From positions 5,302,483 to 5,366,482 of the forward strand of contig SMSO01000032.1 of the NCBI GenBank assembly GCA_004764695.1: a stretch of 64,000 bases of DNA. Direction: 5' to 3'. The DNA is from Schizochytrium sp. TIO01. Taxonomy: Eukaryota > Protista > Bigyra: Labyrinthulomycetes. Below, one piece after another: positions 40,012 to 50,409 of the stretch. Under the pieces are notes generated by a model that was not told the DNA's origin, searched no databases, and saw nothing but the letters and a program-made list of their open reading frames with translations. The translations under genes were made by a program, and so were the position numbers. How positions within the stretch are numbered: position 1 is the stretch's first letter; every line of letters starts with the position of its first letter.

Positions 40012-43000
40012 CTACACCGAATTCCGTGTCATCTCAATATGTTCCTCAAGCTGTACGACAAGAGGGTGGTCACGATTATATACTCCTGTACGTAGAAGTT
40101 CATCACGTTCATGTAGGAGACGCTCTAGCTTGTCGTTCTTTGATTCCGGGCGGCGGGTTCGTTGGGGTGTAGGCGTTGGTGGTGATGGCGGAGGTGAGGC
40201 TTCCTGAGGATGTTGCCACAAACGACCATGCTGGTCTGCATAAGAGGAGTTCTTCGGGTCAAGGAGTGGATTTGTTTGCGGTAGTTTAGAAAAAGGTGTA
40301 CGTAGAGTGGCAGCGCGTAGCTCGTTCAGCTCCTGGCGCAAGTCCATAAGCTGCTTTCGATCCCCATCCAAAACGTAGCGTTCTTCTCGAGCAAGGTATT
40401 CAAGGCGGAGGTTATCAAGCTCTCGCTCCGCCCTAGCATTATTAGCGTGCATTTGACGTTGAAGTTCACGTGCGACCTGAACAAGTTGTGCCTTGACTTT
40501 TTCCTTCTCCAGTACTTCGCTCGCAGTGCGTTCTTTCTCTTGCTCAAGGCGCGCATGAAGTTCTGCATTTTGCCCTTGCAACATAGCAATTTCCTTTTGT
40601 AAAGTTGCTTCAGGAGATTGCCGGGTCTTTTCTCGAAAATCGGCGTATTCTGATTCCACTTTGGACAAGCGTTGTTCGGTTTTGCCCAGGGTAACACGAA
40701 CTCGCTTGAGCTCTGATTCCAATGAAGTTACCCGTTCCTGGTGCAAGGTGATTTTGTGCTGAGATTCTTCCCGGGCACGCCGATGCAAAACTTCAATATC
40801 CGCAAGCCGCTGATCAGCCGCACGCTGAAGTTCGGTCTCCAGGCGTGCCACAGCACGCTCACGTCGTTCTGCATCAGTGATTGCCCGGTGCATCCGGACC
40901 TCGAGTTGTTTATATTCTTCCTGGGCAAGCTTGATTGTTTTTGCACGCTCGTGTTCGCGATGAGCCCATTCCTGTTCTAAAGCAGACATGCGGGTAGACT
41001 CGCGGTTGCGCATTTCCGCCTCCCAACGTCTAGTTTCTTCTTCCTTCCAGCGCTGAAAGCGTTGCATGGCTTCCTGTTCTTGTTCCTGCATCCGTAAAAT
41101 TGACTCTTGAAGTTGATGTGTGCGATCCTCTTGACCTTTCACAGAATGGTCGTAGGCGTGGGAGCTGGCATGATCCTCTCGTATTACGCCACCTGGGGGC
41201 TTTTCTTCTTTTTTAATAGGCTCACTCTGATTTGTGTTTACAATTGGAGAGCTGTCAGAGGTTTTATCTGCAGAATCGTCATTCGTACGATCATCGGCCT
41301 CATCTTCATGAACACCTTGCACACCAACAAGGGATTCCTCCTCCTCTAACTTCAATTGTCGCTGTTGCGGAGAGGAGGAGGAATCGACGTGTTTGCCCTG
41401 CCTACTAGATCGTAGATTCTTCTCCTCTACACTGCCGAGGTTCTCAAGTGTGCAAGTGCAACGGACTGTAGCGATACGTTTGACGCCGGAATCCACTTCA
41501 GTCTGGCCAAAGGCACAAATTACAAGGTCAGTTTCGAGAACTTGGACCTGGATTGGTGGCACATCAAGTTGTTTGCGCAGACGTTCAGCATTCCTCTGCG
41601 CAGTAGCAAGTCCAGAATCTGCCTTAGCATGCTCTCCAAGAAAGCGCTCACGATAACGCTCCATATCCCTTAAATTTGCAAAAGTCTGCCCGGACCATTG
41701 AAAGTATGAACGAGCTTCCAAGAGTTTTCGCAAGGGCAACGCACAGAACCCTAGGCGCGAGTCTGCAGCATATTGGTCCCTGTGCCACATTTCAACAACC
41801 AACGGTTCTGAGCGTGCTGCTTGATCCAGCTCAGCTCTTGATATTTTAAACTGAAAAAGGTTCAGACCATGAGGCACGATGCGCTCGGAGAAGCGGTCCA
41901 CCAAAATTGGGGGTCGGGTCTGAATAGTATGAGTCATCCCAAATAGTGGATACATGTACTGGAGGTATACGTTGTATGCCTTTTCGAGACCTTTAATCGA
42001 CCGCAAATCGATAGTAATGCGGTAGTTATAGACTGTTTTGTCGGTCGATATCGGCGACATTGGAGACCGCGGAACAGGAACTGAACCAGTGATATTTTGG
42101 GATGGCAACTCACGACAGCGAATCTGAATAGAGCCTCGAGACTGCCTCTGACTTGGATAGTCAAGTAGCCGAATGTCGATAGGGTTCTCTAAACTTAAGA
42201 AGACATCAGGATCTAGTTCAGCTATTGCAAAGACTGAATCATCGATAGCAATTCGACACTCTAGAAAGACTGTTCCAACTTCTTGCTGAGATAAGTTTAA
42301 GTGTAGGCCGGCAACATTTGTTTGATCAACCTGACCATACTCTTCCATAGTATATACTTCTCTTCCTTGAGCACGTTTGGAAGGGTTGTCCTTTAGAGAT
42401 AGGACCAAATATACCTGACTCCCCTCTTCTTGCTTAGCCCTGTGCTCAGCTGCTTCTGCATCGCTCGTATCTCGGTCATCTTCATCATCAAGCGGGTCAA
42501 GTTCAAAGGTGAGTACTTCGATTTGAAAGATCTCGTGCTTTGGTTCTACAAGTGACTGGCGAAAAGGACCATCTGTTTGGATTGATTCGTCATGAACCTC
42601 ATGCTGGTCAGGTCCTGTACTTTCGTCCAACATGACTTTAGGGACCTTTCCGTCAACGTGGAGTTCTAACGAAACAGCGAGGGATGGAGGAGCCTCGCCT
42701 GTGTTCAAAGTCAACTCATATGGAGCATGCGCTTCGAGGCTGAATGCACAATTACTGGTCACTTGACTGAAGTCAACCTCATTGGTAAAGAGAGAGCTAA
42801 ATGTTAACAGGGTACTCGCAAGAACGAGGCGTTGGGAACGTTTTTGTTTTGTGTCTTCCCCCGCACAGCAAAGGTAAACTCGGATCGGCGTTGTCTTTAA
42901 AAATCGCGCTACATCTTCTCGGCAGCTTCGAAGTTGAAATGAGTCGCGAATCGGGGCGAATCTGGCGAACTTAAGTGACGGGAACGCCTCCGTCTTCACT

Positions 43001-43695
43001 TGCACTCCAAAAATATGATACTCCACCCAAAAACGAGTGAATCCTTGCAAAGTACCTTGCGTGGCGCGTGCAAGTGGCTGCATGCTGCTTAGACTTAGTA
43101 GTGTAATGTACAAGGTCATGTCTAATTGACCTGATGAACCGATGAGAACATGCTCTTCCCCAAGAGCAACTCCCAAGGGTGTTAAATCGCCAGCATCTTC
43201 AGTAAAAGTACTTCCTTCGTTTTGTTGACTCACAACTGATGTGTTTTGGATTTCATGAGCCGACGGAGTGCGAATACCGAGTGAGAACAATATTTGTGAT
43301 TGTGTAAATCCTGGCGATTGAATTGCTTTGCGCATTTCCACGCTTGAGTCCCGTCGAAATTTTAGATCACGCAAGTCGCATTGGGTTGTACCAACAACAT
43401 CTCCATCTAGAAGAACATCCAGCCGAAGTCGAGGTTCATGAACTTGTAAGCGAAGGAGATCGTTTTCACGAACTCTCCAAAATAAATATCCGGCGTCGTC
43501 ATCTGCACGCCATTGGTATGCGTCGGAGCCAATGTTCTCTCCAGGGCCAGTTCTCGACCTTTTGCCATCTAAGGTGACTTGCACTTCACATCTCCCGGCT
43601 GGAGTCGCCTGAACACCCTGTAACTCATATACAGAAAGTTCAAGAAATTTGAAACCCTTTGCTGAGCCTGGTCTATGAGTTTCATTCGATGCCAT
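40012..43695 (-). CDS. CEP120: Centrosomal protein CEP120 homologue (C2 domains plus coiled coil)
   Basis: C2B-like FWVEYHIFGVQVKTEAF...RDSFQLRS; C2C-like ITIDLRSI...YLQYMYPLFG...TRPP...PLVVEMWHRD; long coiled coil; C-terminal signature RLLHERDELLRTGVYNRDHPLVVQLE. Confidence 0.92.
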   Translation of the reverse strand: MASNETHRPGSAKGFKFLELSVYELQGVQATPAGRCEVQVTLDGKRSRTGPGENIGSDAYQWRADDDAGYLFWRVRENDLLRLQVHEPRLRLDVLLDGDVVGTTQCDLRDLKFRRDSSVEMRKAIQSPGFTQSQILFSLGIRTPSAHEIQNTSVVSQQNEGSTFTEDAGDLTPLGVALGEEHVLIGSSGQLDMTLYITLLSLSSMQPLARATQGTLQGFTRFWVEYHIFGVQVKTEAFPSLKFARFAPIRDSFQLRSCREDVARFLKTTPIRVYLCCAGEDTKQKRSQRLVLASTLLTFSSLFTNEVDFSQVTSNCAFSLEAHAPYELTLNTGEAPPSLAVSLELHVDGKVPKVMLDESTGPDQHEVHDESIQTDGPFRQSLVEPKHEIFQIEVLTFELDPLDDEDDRDTSDAEAAEHRAKQEEGSQVYLVLSLKDNPSKRAQGREVYTMEEYGQVDQTNVAGLHLNLSQQEVGTVFLECRIAIDDSVFAIAELDPDVFLSLENPIDIRLLDYPSQRQSRGSIQIRCRELPSQNITGSVPVPRSPMSPISTDKTVYNYRITIDLRSIKGLEKAYNVYLQYMYPLFGMTHTIQTRPPILVDRFSERIVPHGLNLFQFKISRAELDQAARSEPLVVEMWHRDQYAADSRLGFCALPLRKLLEARSYFQWSGQTFANLRDMERYRERFLGEHAKADSGLATAQRNAERLRKQLDVPPIQVQVLETDLVICAFGQTEVDSGVKRIATVRCTCTLENLGSVEEKNLRSSRQGKHVDSSSSPQQRQLKLEEEESLVGVQGVHEDEADDRTNDDSADKTSDSSPIVNTNQSEPIKKEEKPPGGVIREDHASSHAYDHSVKGQEDRTHQLQESILRMQEQEQEAMQRFQRWKEEETRRWEAEMRNRESTRMSALEQEWAHREHERAKTIKLAQEEYKQLEVRMHRAITDAERRERAVARLETELQRAADQRLADIEVLHRRAREESQHKITLHQERVTSLESELKRVRVTLGKTEQRLSKVESEYADFREKTRQSPEATLQKEIAMLQGQNAELHARLEQEKERTASEVLEKEKVKAQLVQVARELQRQMHANNARAERELDNLRLEYLAREERYVLDGDRKQLMDLRQELNELRAATLRTPFSKLPQTNPLLDPKNSSYADQHGRLWQHPQEASPPPSPPTPTPQRTRRPESKNDKLERLLHERDELLRTGVYNRDHPLVVQLEEHIEMTRNSV

Positions 43696-45562
43696 GTTCT
43701 CCAGAGGCTAATCTCCCTTCCGTCTCTCAGAATAGCCGACCAACCCTTGCTACAACTTGTGTGCAGTTGATGTTTAGAACTTCTACTTTCCCAACAAGAA
43801 TCCTGGAATCCTATATCTGAAAATCTATGTCGACGGCTCTGAAGACCCTGCACGAAATCTTGCTGCTTGGTCTGCTTCAAACACACGCCAGCAAGTTCGT
43901 ACACTATGCGTTTTTCCCTCCTCTGCCTTAAGAATTGATCAGAATCAAGGTCAACCACCGCGAGCCGTGTTCTTCTACCAGCAACTTTGTAGCTGCATAC
44001 GAGCACCACTGACAGTGTCTTATCGAGGCCTTTTCCTACCCAAGTTCACACCTCTTCGTCCGCCCTGAGCGTGGCGATCCCGGGCTCTTGCGAGCGGTCC
44101 GAAGCCCGCGACTGTTCAATTGTTTAGCGTTTGTTTTTTGTTGAAGTCTCTGTTGAAACATTTCATAACCATTGTGTCCTTCACATCTTACTATTCATTT
44201 TCCATAAGGAGACATAGAACTACGGTGCATTGTAAAAAAATATTTGTTTTTAAATGAAGGAAAGAGAAAAAAGAAAAGAAACAAGCAGAGGAAAAAATCG
44301 ATCTTGTTCTGACAAAGTAGGCAAAAAAAAGAAAGAAGAGAATTACTATAACTCGATGCCCGAATTAGCGTTGCTCACATAGACCTTTAATTAGGCCTCT
44401 TAAACTTTATACCCCTCGAGTTAAGCCTTTTAATAGACCCCTTTGAGTAATTGATGATGAAGTGCTTGCCCGAAGAATTCCCGCCTAGATCTCCATTGCG
44501 AACCTGCAAATTCGGGAGCCAACGGCAGAGTTGGCGTGCGGAAACTAGAAATTGTTGACTTCTTTGAAGTGTGTCTCGTAGAGCGGTGCAACTGTCCAAA
44601 TGAGTGAGCCGGCCATGGTCCATACGTTCCCTGCTAGTGAGGGAGGTTCGTGCTGACTATCTTAGTTGATGTAAGAAAGGAGCTGTAATTCGATGGCAAG
44701 TTGAGCTTTTAGGATCTTGCGAGTGGACGTCACTTACGCTCGTGCAAAGCCCGAGACGAAAGCGTACTTCACTGTCACTCCAGTAAATCTCGCCAGAGCT
44801 GCACAGAGGACTGTGTCAGGAGTCTGCTCAAGGTTGAACCCAAAGTTGCACTCGTAGTCCTTGGTGACCTCAAAAGGCATGTGAAAAAACATGCCTAGGC
44901 ACTGCTACAAGGGTATCAGCCTGCCTATAAAAACCGTCTTCTCAAACCCACTCCTTGCCACGCTGATTCTTCAAAATCCAGGCAACCAGCGATTACCTCT
45001 ACATGCCTGGAATCTGAACCGCAAATAACCGAGGCATCTACGAGTTGGCTGGAGCTGTAGTTTGCAAGTTGTTGACTCCGTTTTTGTTTAGTTGTTGTTG
45101 TTATTGTTGTCTCAAATTTTTCGTTTCTTTTCTTCTTTCTGTTTGCTTCTCAAGGTGTTTTCTGCGCACCGCTGCCACAACGACGAACTTTTGCATCCAG
45201 GCCAAGCAAAGGACAAAGTACAACTCAGCAAACCTTCTACGCAGAGACCCCGTCTGGGTCCTTATTCTCTTCTTGTGCTGTGCTGTGCCGGGCACTGGGC
45301 TGGTAGGCGGATACTTGCGGATGCTTCAGCAGCGTGTGGAATCAGAGCGAAGCCCTGCACACGGTAGTAGGAGTTATCAACAACTTGCTGATTCGTTAAG
45401 GCTTGAGAGCCTGGGATTGTTGCCTGCCAGGGGCGCTGTCCTGAGGTAAGCAATAGTACATCACCGATCAGCAAGTGGATCTCGAACTGAGTCGCTTGGA
45501 ACTGATAAGTAGACAAGTAGACAAGTAGCGAAGCCTCAAGTTGCTATTGTGAACGTCAAAAG

Positions 45563-45624
45563 GTACGAGAAGACGACGTTCTTATTTGGGTAACACGGGC
45601 TTTAAATCTGACAAGGAGTCTTAG
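45563..45624 (+). other. Putative 5'UTR intron of the 1343-aa gene
   Basis: AG|GTACGA donor, CTGAC branch-like motif, TAG acceptor. An in-frame TGA lies just before the ATG at 45670, so the spliced upstream part is non-coding. Confidence 0.45.
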
Positions 45625-45669
45625 CTCCTGCGTGGTCTCAAAAGAAATCCGGGGACAAGTTGCTGAAGT

Positions 45670-48600
45670 ATGTTACCCAGAGCACGAAGTCTCGATGACG
45701 AACTGGATGAAGACGACGTTCGTGCCAAGCATGAAGCATTACAACTTGGTGAAGCAGTTCTGGTGGATTTATTGCGAGAATTGTACGGCAACGTCGAGGC
45801 TCGAGAAAAAGCTGTGCGTAGCGAATGGGAAGATGCGAAAGACCTTCTGGAGCAAAAGAAATGGACCATGGAGCAACAACTTTTGATCTTGGAAAAGGAG
45901 GTGTCCGGTCTCCATACCAAGCTTGCTGACGTTGAGAAGCAGTTTAAGGAACGGTCTGGAAAAGTGCAAGCAGCATATCGCAAGGTTCTTCATTCTTTTT
46001 ATCTGCTCAATAACCCGGAAAAACTGAAAAGTCTTGATGGTCTTTTGAATCATTTTCGCGATCGTGAACATGAAATTTTAGACAAAATTAAGGAGCGTTA
46101 TGGTCTCGAGGTTGATGCAGTTCCACTAATCGAAGCCGGCGTGCTACCCGAAGGAGGTGGTCAAGATTCCGAGCTCTCAAGGTTAAACTCTGTACGTGAC
46201 CAGGTCTGGGAGGATGTCGCTGGCATCGAGGAACTCGTGAAACGCTCTAACGAAGAGTTTGAACGTGTCAAAAGAGAGCTGTATTTCCCAAGAGCTGACG
46301 GGTGGCGCTTTAAGCATGGTTTTGAGGGAGTTTATGTTGCCATGAATGATTTTTGGCTTGAAGCTCTTTCAGCACGGCTTTCTATATCTGTTATGGACCG
46401 AGTAGCAACGCCCGGGATACTTGTGACCGCCGCGGGATCTCGCGCACCAGGCTCAGAGCAGGTTCGCAAGATTGTTTCCAGGTACACAAACGCATCAAGT
46501 TCCGCTAGTACAACGGGAGCAAATCCTATTCGGGGCGGAGTGGTGTCATTTCGGCTTGACAAATGTGGACTATATGGAGAAAAGGGAACCAAAGTACCTA
46601 CTATGCGTCCTGATCAAATTCAGATCTTGGTGGAATTCACTCTCACTGTCCCAGTCCAGTTTTCAAGCCACGCAAACGCTTGGAAAGCCTCTTCAGGGTT
46701 TCAGTTCAAGATTTTACGTATTGAGCGCAAGATTAAGGGTTCGCTGTATGTACCCAAATCTTTGTTGCGAATGATTCTAAATCGTGTTCTACCGAGTGTC
46801 ATTAAGACAGCCATTGTCGATGCTATCCCTGTGGAGCTTGGACATTATTTATCTACTCAATATGATACTCTTGGTAAGGCTGATATTGGACTGAATCGCC
46901 CGCGAGCTCGGCCTTTAGAAAAATCAGAACCCATGCATTTGGACCTCGATGTAAATCTGATCGGCGGAACTGGAGACCTATCAGCATTAGATGCAAATAT
47001 GAGCTTAGCTTCCCCAGAACAACCAACTTCATCTAATTCTTCTGGACAAGGCAATGGTCTGAACTCGCGATCCAAGGTCGGGGCTGCACCAGTAAACTCA
47101 AATCGCTGGGCTACCACTGGTGGGGCAGCTCCCCCCCCTCATCATATTCATGCAGCAAAACGGGTGAGGCAGATGTTTAATATGACACTCGGTCAGGCCA
47201 AGACCTTTGTGGCGCTGCAATACGAGGTGGATAAGGTTTTCAGGAATCGCATGCATCAAGTTCCTGTCGTAGGTGCAGTGGGCGGCTCGCCGCGTCATGC
47301 AAACTCACAAGGGTCATTGTCTGGGTCATCAACGCGGAGTGGGACGAGGGGGCTCTTTCAAACAAGCTCAACTGCGTTTAAGGAAAGCTCGTGGCCTGGA
47401 CCTTTGATTACAGCAACTGACATGGTGCAATTTTTTATGAGATTTAGTAATGCCAGTTTTGCAGCACATCAATGGAAAGAACACCAAGCACACGTGGCAT
47501 GCGCCGAGGACGCCGGTACTCCGCCGCTGGAGACATGGGAGTCAATATTAAGTGTATGGCAGCAACTTGCAGACAAGTATGCTTCGTTCTATGATACAGA
47601 GCGCATTAGTATATTTAAAATCTTTGATCAGGTGCGTAAACTCACGCTTAAACCTATCCGGACACATATTGAGCTTAGTAACGTTCGGCTTCGTGGCTCG
47701 GTTGATGCTACAATTCTTATGTCGCGGCGAATCATGGAACGACAGATGCGTGAGCTCTACAAGGAAAGTCAGAAGCGCCGTGTTCACTTGACCAAATCCT
47801 TAGACCGGTGCCTCAAGGACATTGGCTTATGGTTTCGCGAGGCAATGGAGCCAATCAAATATATCAAACAAAGTCTGCATGTGGTTTCTCTTGGTGTGCA
47901 TGGTCGTGGCGTCGCTGGTGATTTTGAGTTTTCTGGAGATGATGTTGCGTTTCAAGGACCAGTTAGATTTATTATGCCATTTGAACCTTCCGTGTACTTA
48001 CCAACACATTTCGTCATCCGCACGAGCATTAATGAGGATCAAGGTGCCTTCAACATTGCTTTGGCACTAGCACCATTTATTGACCCTGACGAAGTCACAG
48101 AGGGCAATGTGCTTGAGTTAGCTCTAACTCGTTTGTTTGCAGGTGTCTATTTCGATGTGAATGCGTATTTAAGTGCTAAGATGATTGAATTCAAGAGCCT
48201 CGAGCTTTCTTCGCAAGGAAATGTTAATCCAAGCAGTGACATTGAGGAATCAGGACAGATTGCCTTGCAAGGTAAACAGCCTCCTGTACAGCATGCATCG
48301 TTAGCTGATTTTCTCAAACCTTCACGGCCTACTTCTGCAGTATCTGCTCCATCGATGGCACCAACAGTTGAAAGTTCATCAATGGCACCAACAGTTAACA
48401 AGGAAATAGAGGATACCACCTCAATTGCTTCGGAAGTTGATTCAGACTCCCGCCTTTCTGGTGATGATGCAACTGCAACTACAAACAGCCAAGCAGTAGA
48501 TTTTGACGTGGATGTAGATGGGGTCACAGCAGAGGCGCCAGATTTAGAAATTCCTCAACCTTCTGAGACACCTACGAGCACGATGCCTCCATCGCCGCGC

Positions 48601-49701
48601 CTTTCAACAACAAATCGGCGGTCTTCAGATGCTTCGACTTCAACAATATTCGATAATATGAGTGATGTCGATGACGCTGAGAGCGACTCAACGGGTGATG
48701 GGGGTAAAGCTCACGGGCGAAGGTCTTCTGCTGCTGCAACTGCATGGAATGAAACGACATTAGGATTGAATAAGAACGATCTCGATGACAGGAATGGAAG
48801 AGATGCAGAACGGGAAGACGATATTGATGAGGAGGAAGACGATCCTTTTGTGGATGATGATTTTGACCCTACAACATTCGAAATGAAAGCTCTTCGGGAG
48901 TTTGAGCTCTCCCTTAAAAACGGTCAACGAACCCTTGATGACCAGCTGATCGGGGCTAAGACAAGTACAGAGGACACGGAAAAGACGAATAGAGCATATG
49001 CTGAGAGCTCACTTGCGGAGGGCTCAATGGATCGGTTTTTACATCATTTCATGTCGCAATTGGCCCTGCGTGGTGAGCTACAGCAACAGGACTGGCTCAG
49101 TATATTACAAGGGAAGTTTCAACACGATTCAGGCTCGAACTTCATGTTTCGAGTAGATACGCATGAGCTGTGTGTAATGAAAGCTGGTGCTGAACATGTT
49201 GAGGTCTCTGGTAACATTCGTGGTATTGCAGCATATGTCCATGGGTGGATTCGCTACATGAAAGAGTTGGCGGCGAAGGATGCTGCTGCAGAAGCCGCTG
49301 CTGCGTTGAAATCTCACCCATACGCGGCTTCATCCGCACAGTCCTCGCTAACAGACCACGCTAAACAGGCAGCGGCAAAGGGGCCCGCAGCAGAGACGCC
49401 ACCAGAAGAAGCATTCACAGGGCTTGCTAAGTTTGCGGAAATGTTGGTTAAATACGTGGATAATCCGGAGGTGAAGTACAGTATTTCTTTTCAATTGTAT
49501 GGTGGTGTTCGTAACGGGCAGCTCATTGGTACCCTCGTGCAGGGGTCATCCACACGAAGTAACCTGCCCAGGTCGTTCGCGGCTGCGACTGTGATTGAGG
49601 CGCCTGTTAACCTTTTGGAGCTTTTCGCAGATATTGTTAACATTACGAGGATGAGCTACGGGTCTGAGGATGTGGAGCCAGAGCTGGGTTATTTCTGGTA
49701 A
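45670..49701 (+). CDS. Large hypothetical protein (N-terminal coiled coil, FY...NPEKL...KERYG helical module, beta-rich possibly TULIP-like region)
   Basis: 1343-codon ATG ORF with globular segments separated by Ser- and acid-rich linkers. Family not recognised. Confidence 0.85.
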   Translation: MLPRARSLDDELDEDDVRAKHEALQLGEAVLVDLLRELYGNVEAREKAVRSEWEDAKDLLEQKKWTMEQQLLILEKEVSGLHTKLADVEKQFKERSGKVQAAYRKVLHSFYLLNNPEKLKSLDGLLNHFRDREHEILDKIKERYGLEVDAVPLIEAGVLPEGGGQDSELSRLNSVRDQVWEDVAGIEELVKRSNEEFERVKRELYFPRADGWRFKHGFEGVYVAMNDFWLEALSARLSISVMDRVATPGILVTAAGSRAPGSEQVRKIVSRYTNASSSASTTGANPIRGGVVSFRLDKCGLYGEKGTKVPTMRPDQIQILVEFTLTVPVQFSSHANAWKASSGFQFKILRIERKIKGSLYVPKSLLRMILNRVLPSVIKTAIVDAIPVELGHYLSTQYDTLGKADIGLNRPRARPLEKSEPMHLDLDVNLIGGTGDLSALDANMSLASPEQPTSSNSSGQGNGLNSRSKVGAAPVNSNRWATTGGAAPPPHHIHAAKRVRQMFNMTLGQAKTFVALQYEVDKVFRNRMHQVPVVGAVGGSPRHANSQGSLSGSSTRSGTRGLFQTSSTAFKESSWPGPLITATDMVQFFMRFSNASFAAHQWKEHQAHVACAEDAGTPPLETWESILSVWQQLADKYASFYDTERISIFKIFDQVRKLTLKPIRTHIELSNVRLRGSVDATILMSRRIMERQMRELYKESQKRRVHLTKSLDRCLKDIGLWFREAMEPIKYIKQSLHVVSLGVHGRGVAGDFEFSGDDVAFQGPVRFIMPFEPSVYLPTHFVIRTSINEDQGAFNIALALAPFIDPDEVTEGNVLELALTRLFAGVYFDVNAYLSAKMIEFKSLELSSQGNVNPSSDIEESGQIALQGKQPPVQHASLADFLKPSRPTSAVSAPSMAPTVESSSMAPTVNKEIEDTTSIASEVDSDSRLSGDDATATTNSQAVDFDVDVDGVTAEAPDLEIPQPSETPTSTMPPSPRLSTTNRRSSDASTSTIFDNMSDVDDAESDSTGDGGKAHGRRSSAAATAWNETTLGLNKNDLDDRNGRDAEREDDIDEEEDDPFVDDDFDPTTFEMKALREFELSLKNGQRTLDDQLIGAKTSTEDTEKTNRAYAESSLAEGSMDRFLHHFMSQLALRGELQQQDWLSILQGKFQHDSGSNFMFRVDTHELCVMKAGAEHVEVSGNIRGIAAYVHGWIRYMKELAAKDAAAEAAAALKSHPYAASSAQSSLTDHAKQAAAKGPAAETPPEEAFTGLAKFAEMLVKYVDNPEVKYSISFQLYGGVRNGQLIGTLVQGSSTRSNLPRSFAAATVIEAPVNLLELFADIVNITRMSYGSEDVEPELGYFW

Positions 49702-50409
49702 AACTTCTTTGTCCATGTAGAACTTCGAATGGTAGGCTAACCCTTTTTGTTTTCGTGGTCAAGCTATTGATTTTATTTCTTGAAAACTTATTTCCTTCTT
49801 TTCCCCTCAGTTCCTGTCTTATCATTAAATAACAATAACAAACAATAAACTGATGGAAAGGTTCAAGAAAAGAAAAGAAAAGAATTCATAGATGAGTAAA
49901 AATATGTCGAAAAACTTGAAGAAATCACTTATGATTTTTTTAAATTAAAAGGTTTTGTTTTCCGAAAATGTTTCTTTTTTTTTTTTTTTAAATTTAAAAA
50001 AAGAAAGAAAGAAAGATTCAATATATTGACCTTGCAATACCTATAACTTGTAGGTTTTCAAACCAGGTACAGAGCAAGTTGGAAGTATACACCGTATAGA
50101 GAGGTATCCTTGGCATCAAAACCTTAGTACAGGTCTCCAAAAATGAGTGAATATTCACGATAATTAGAAAGAAGTGAGGTTTCCTCAAATATAATTTTTA
50201 AAACTAAACTTTACTGTAAAATTTTAAAAAGGAAGTAAAAGGGAGAAAGTAACATAGGAATCAAGAAAAACATTTTAATGGAAAATGAGAGATGTCGACA
50301 AAATCAATTGCTACTGCCGCTTGAGCCAGATCGATTTTTCTTCATCTCATGCCCATCTTTATCGTCCTTCTGCAGGTGTGCTGCATGAAATCCCAAATCA
50401 CGTCTGATT

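Noticed and set aside
43569-45516. ORFs in the CEP120 / 1343-aa gene divergent spacer
   Set aside because: Mostly non-ATG starts, low-complexity translation and no motifs.
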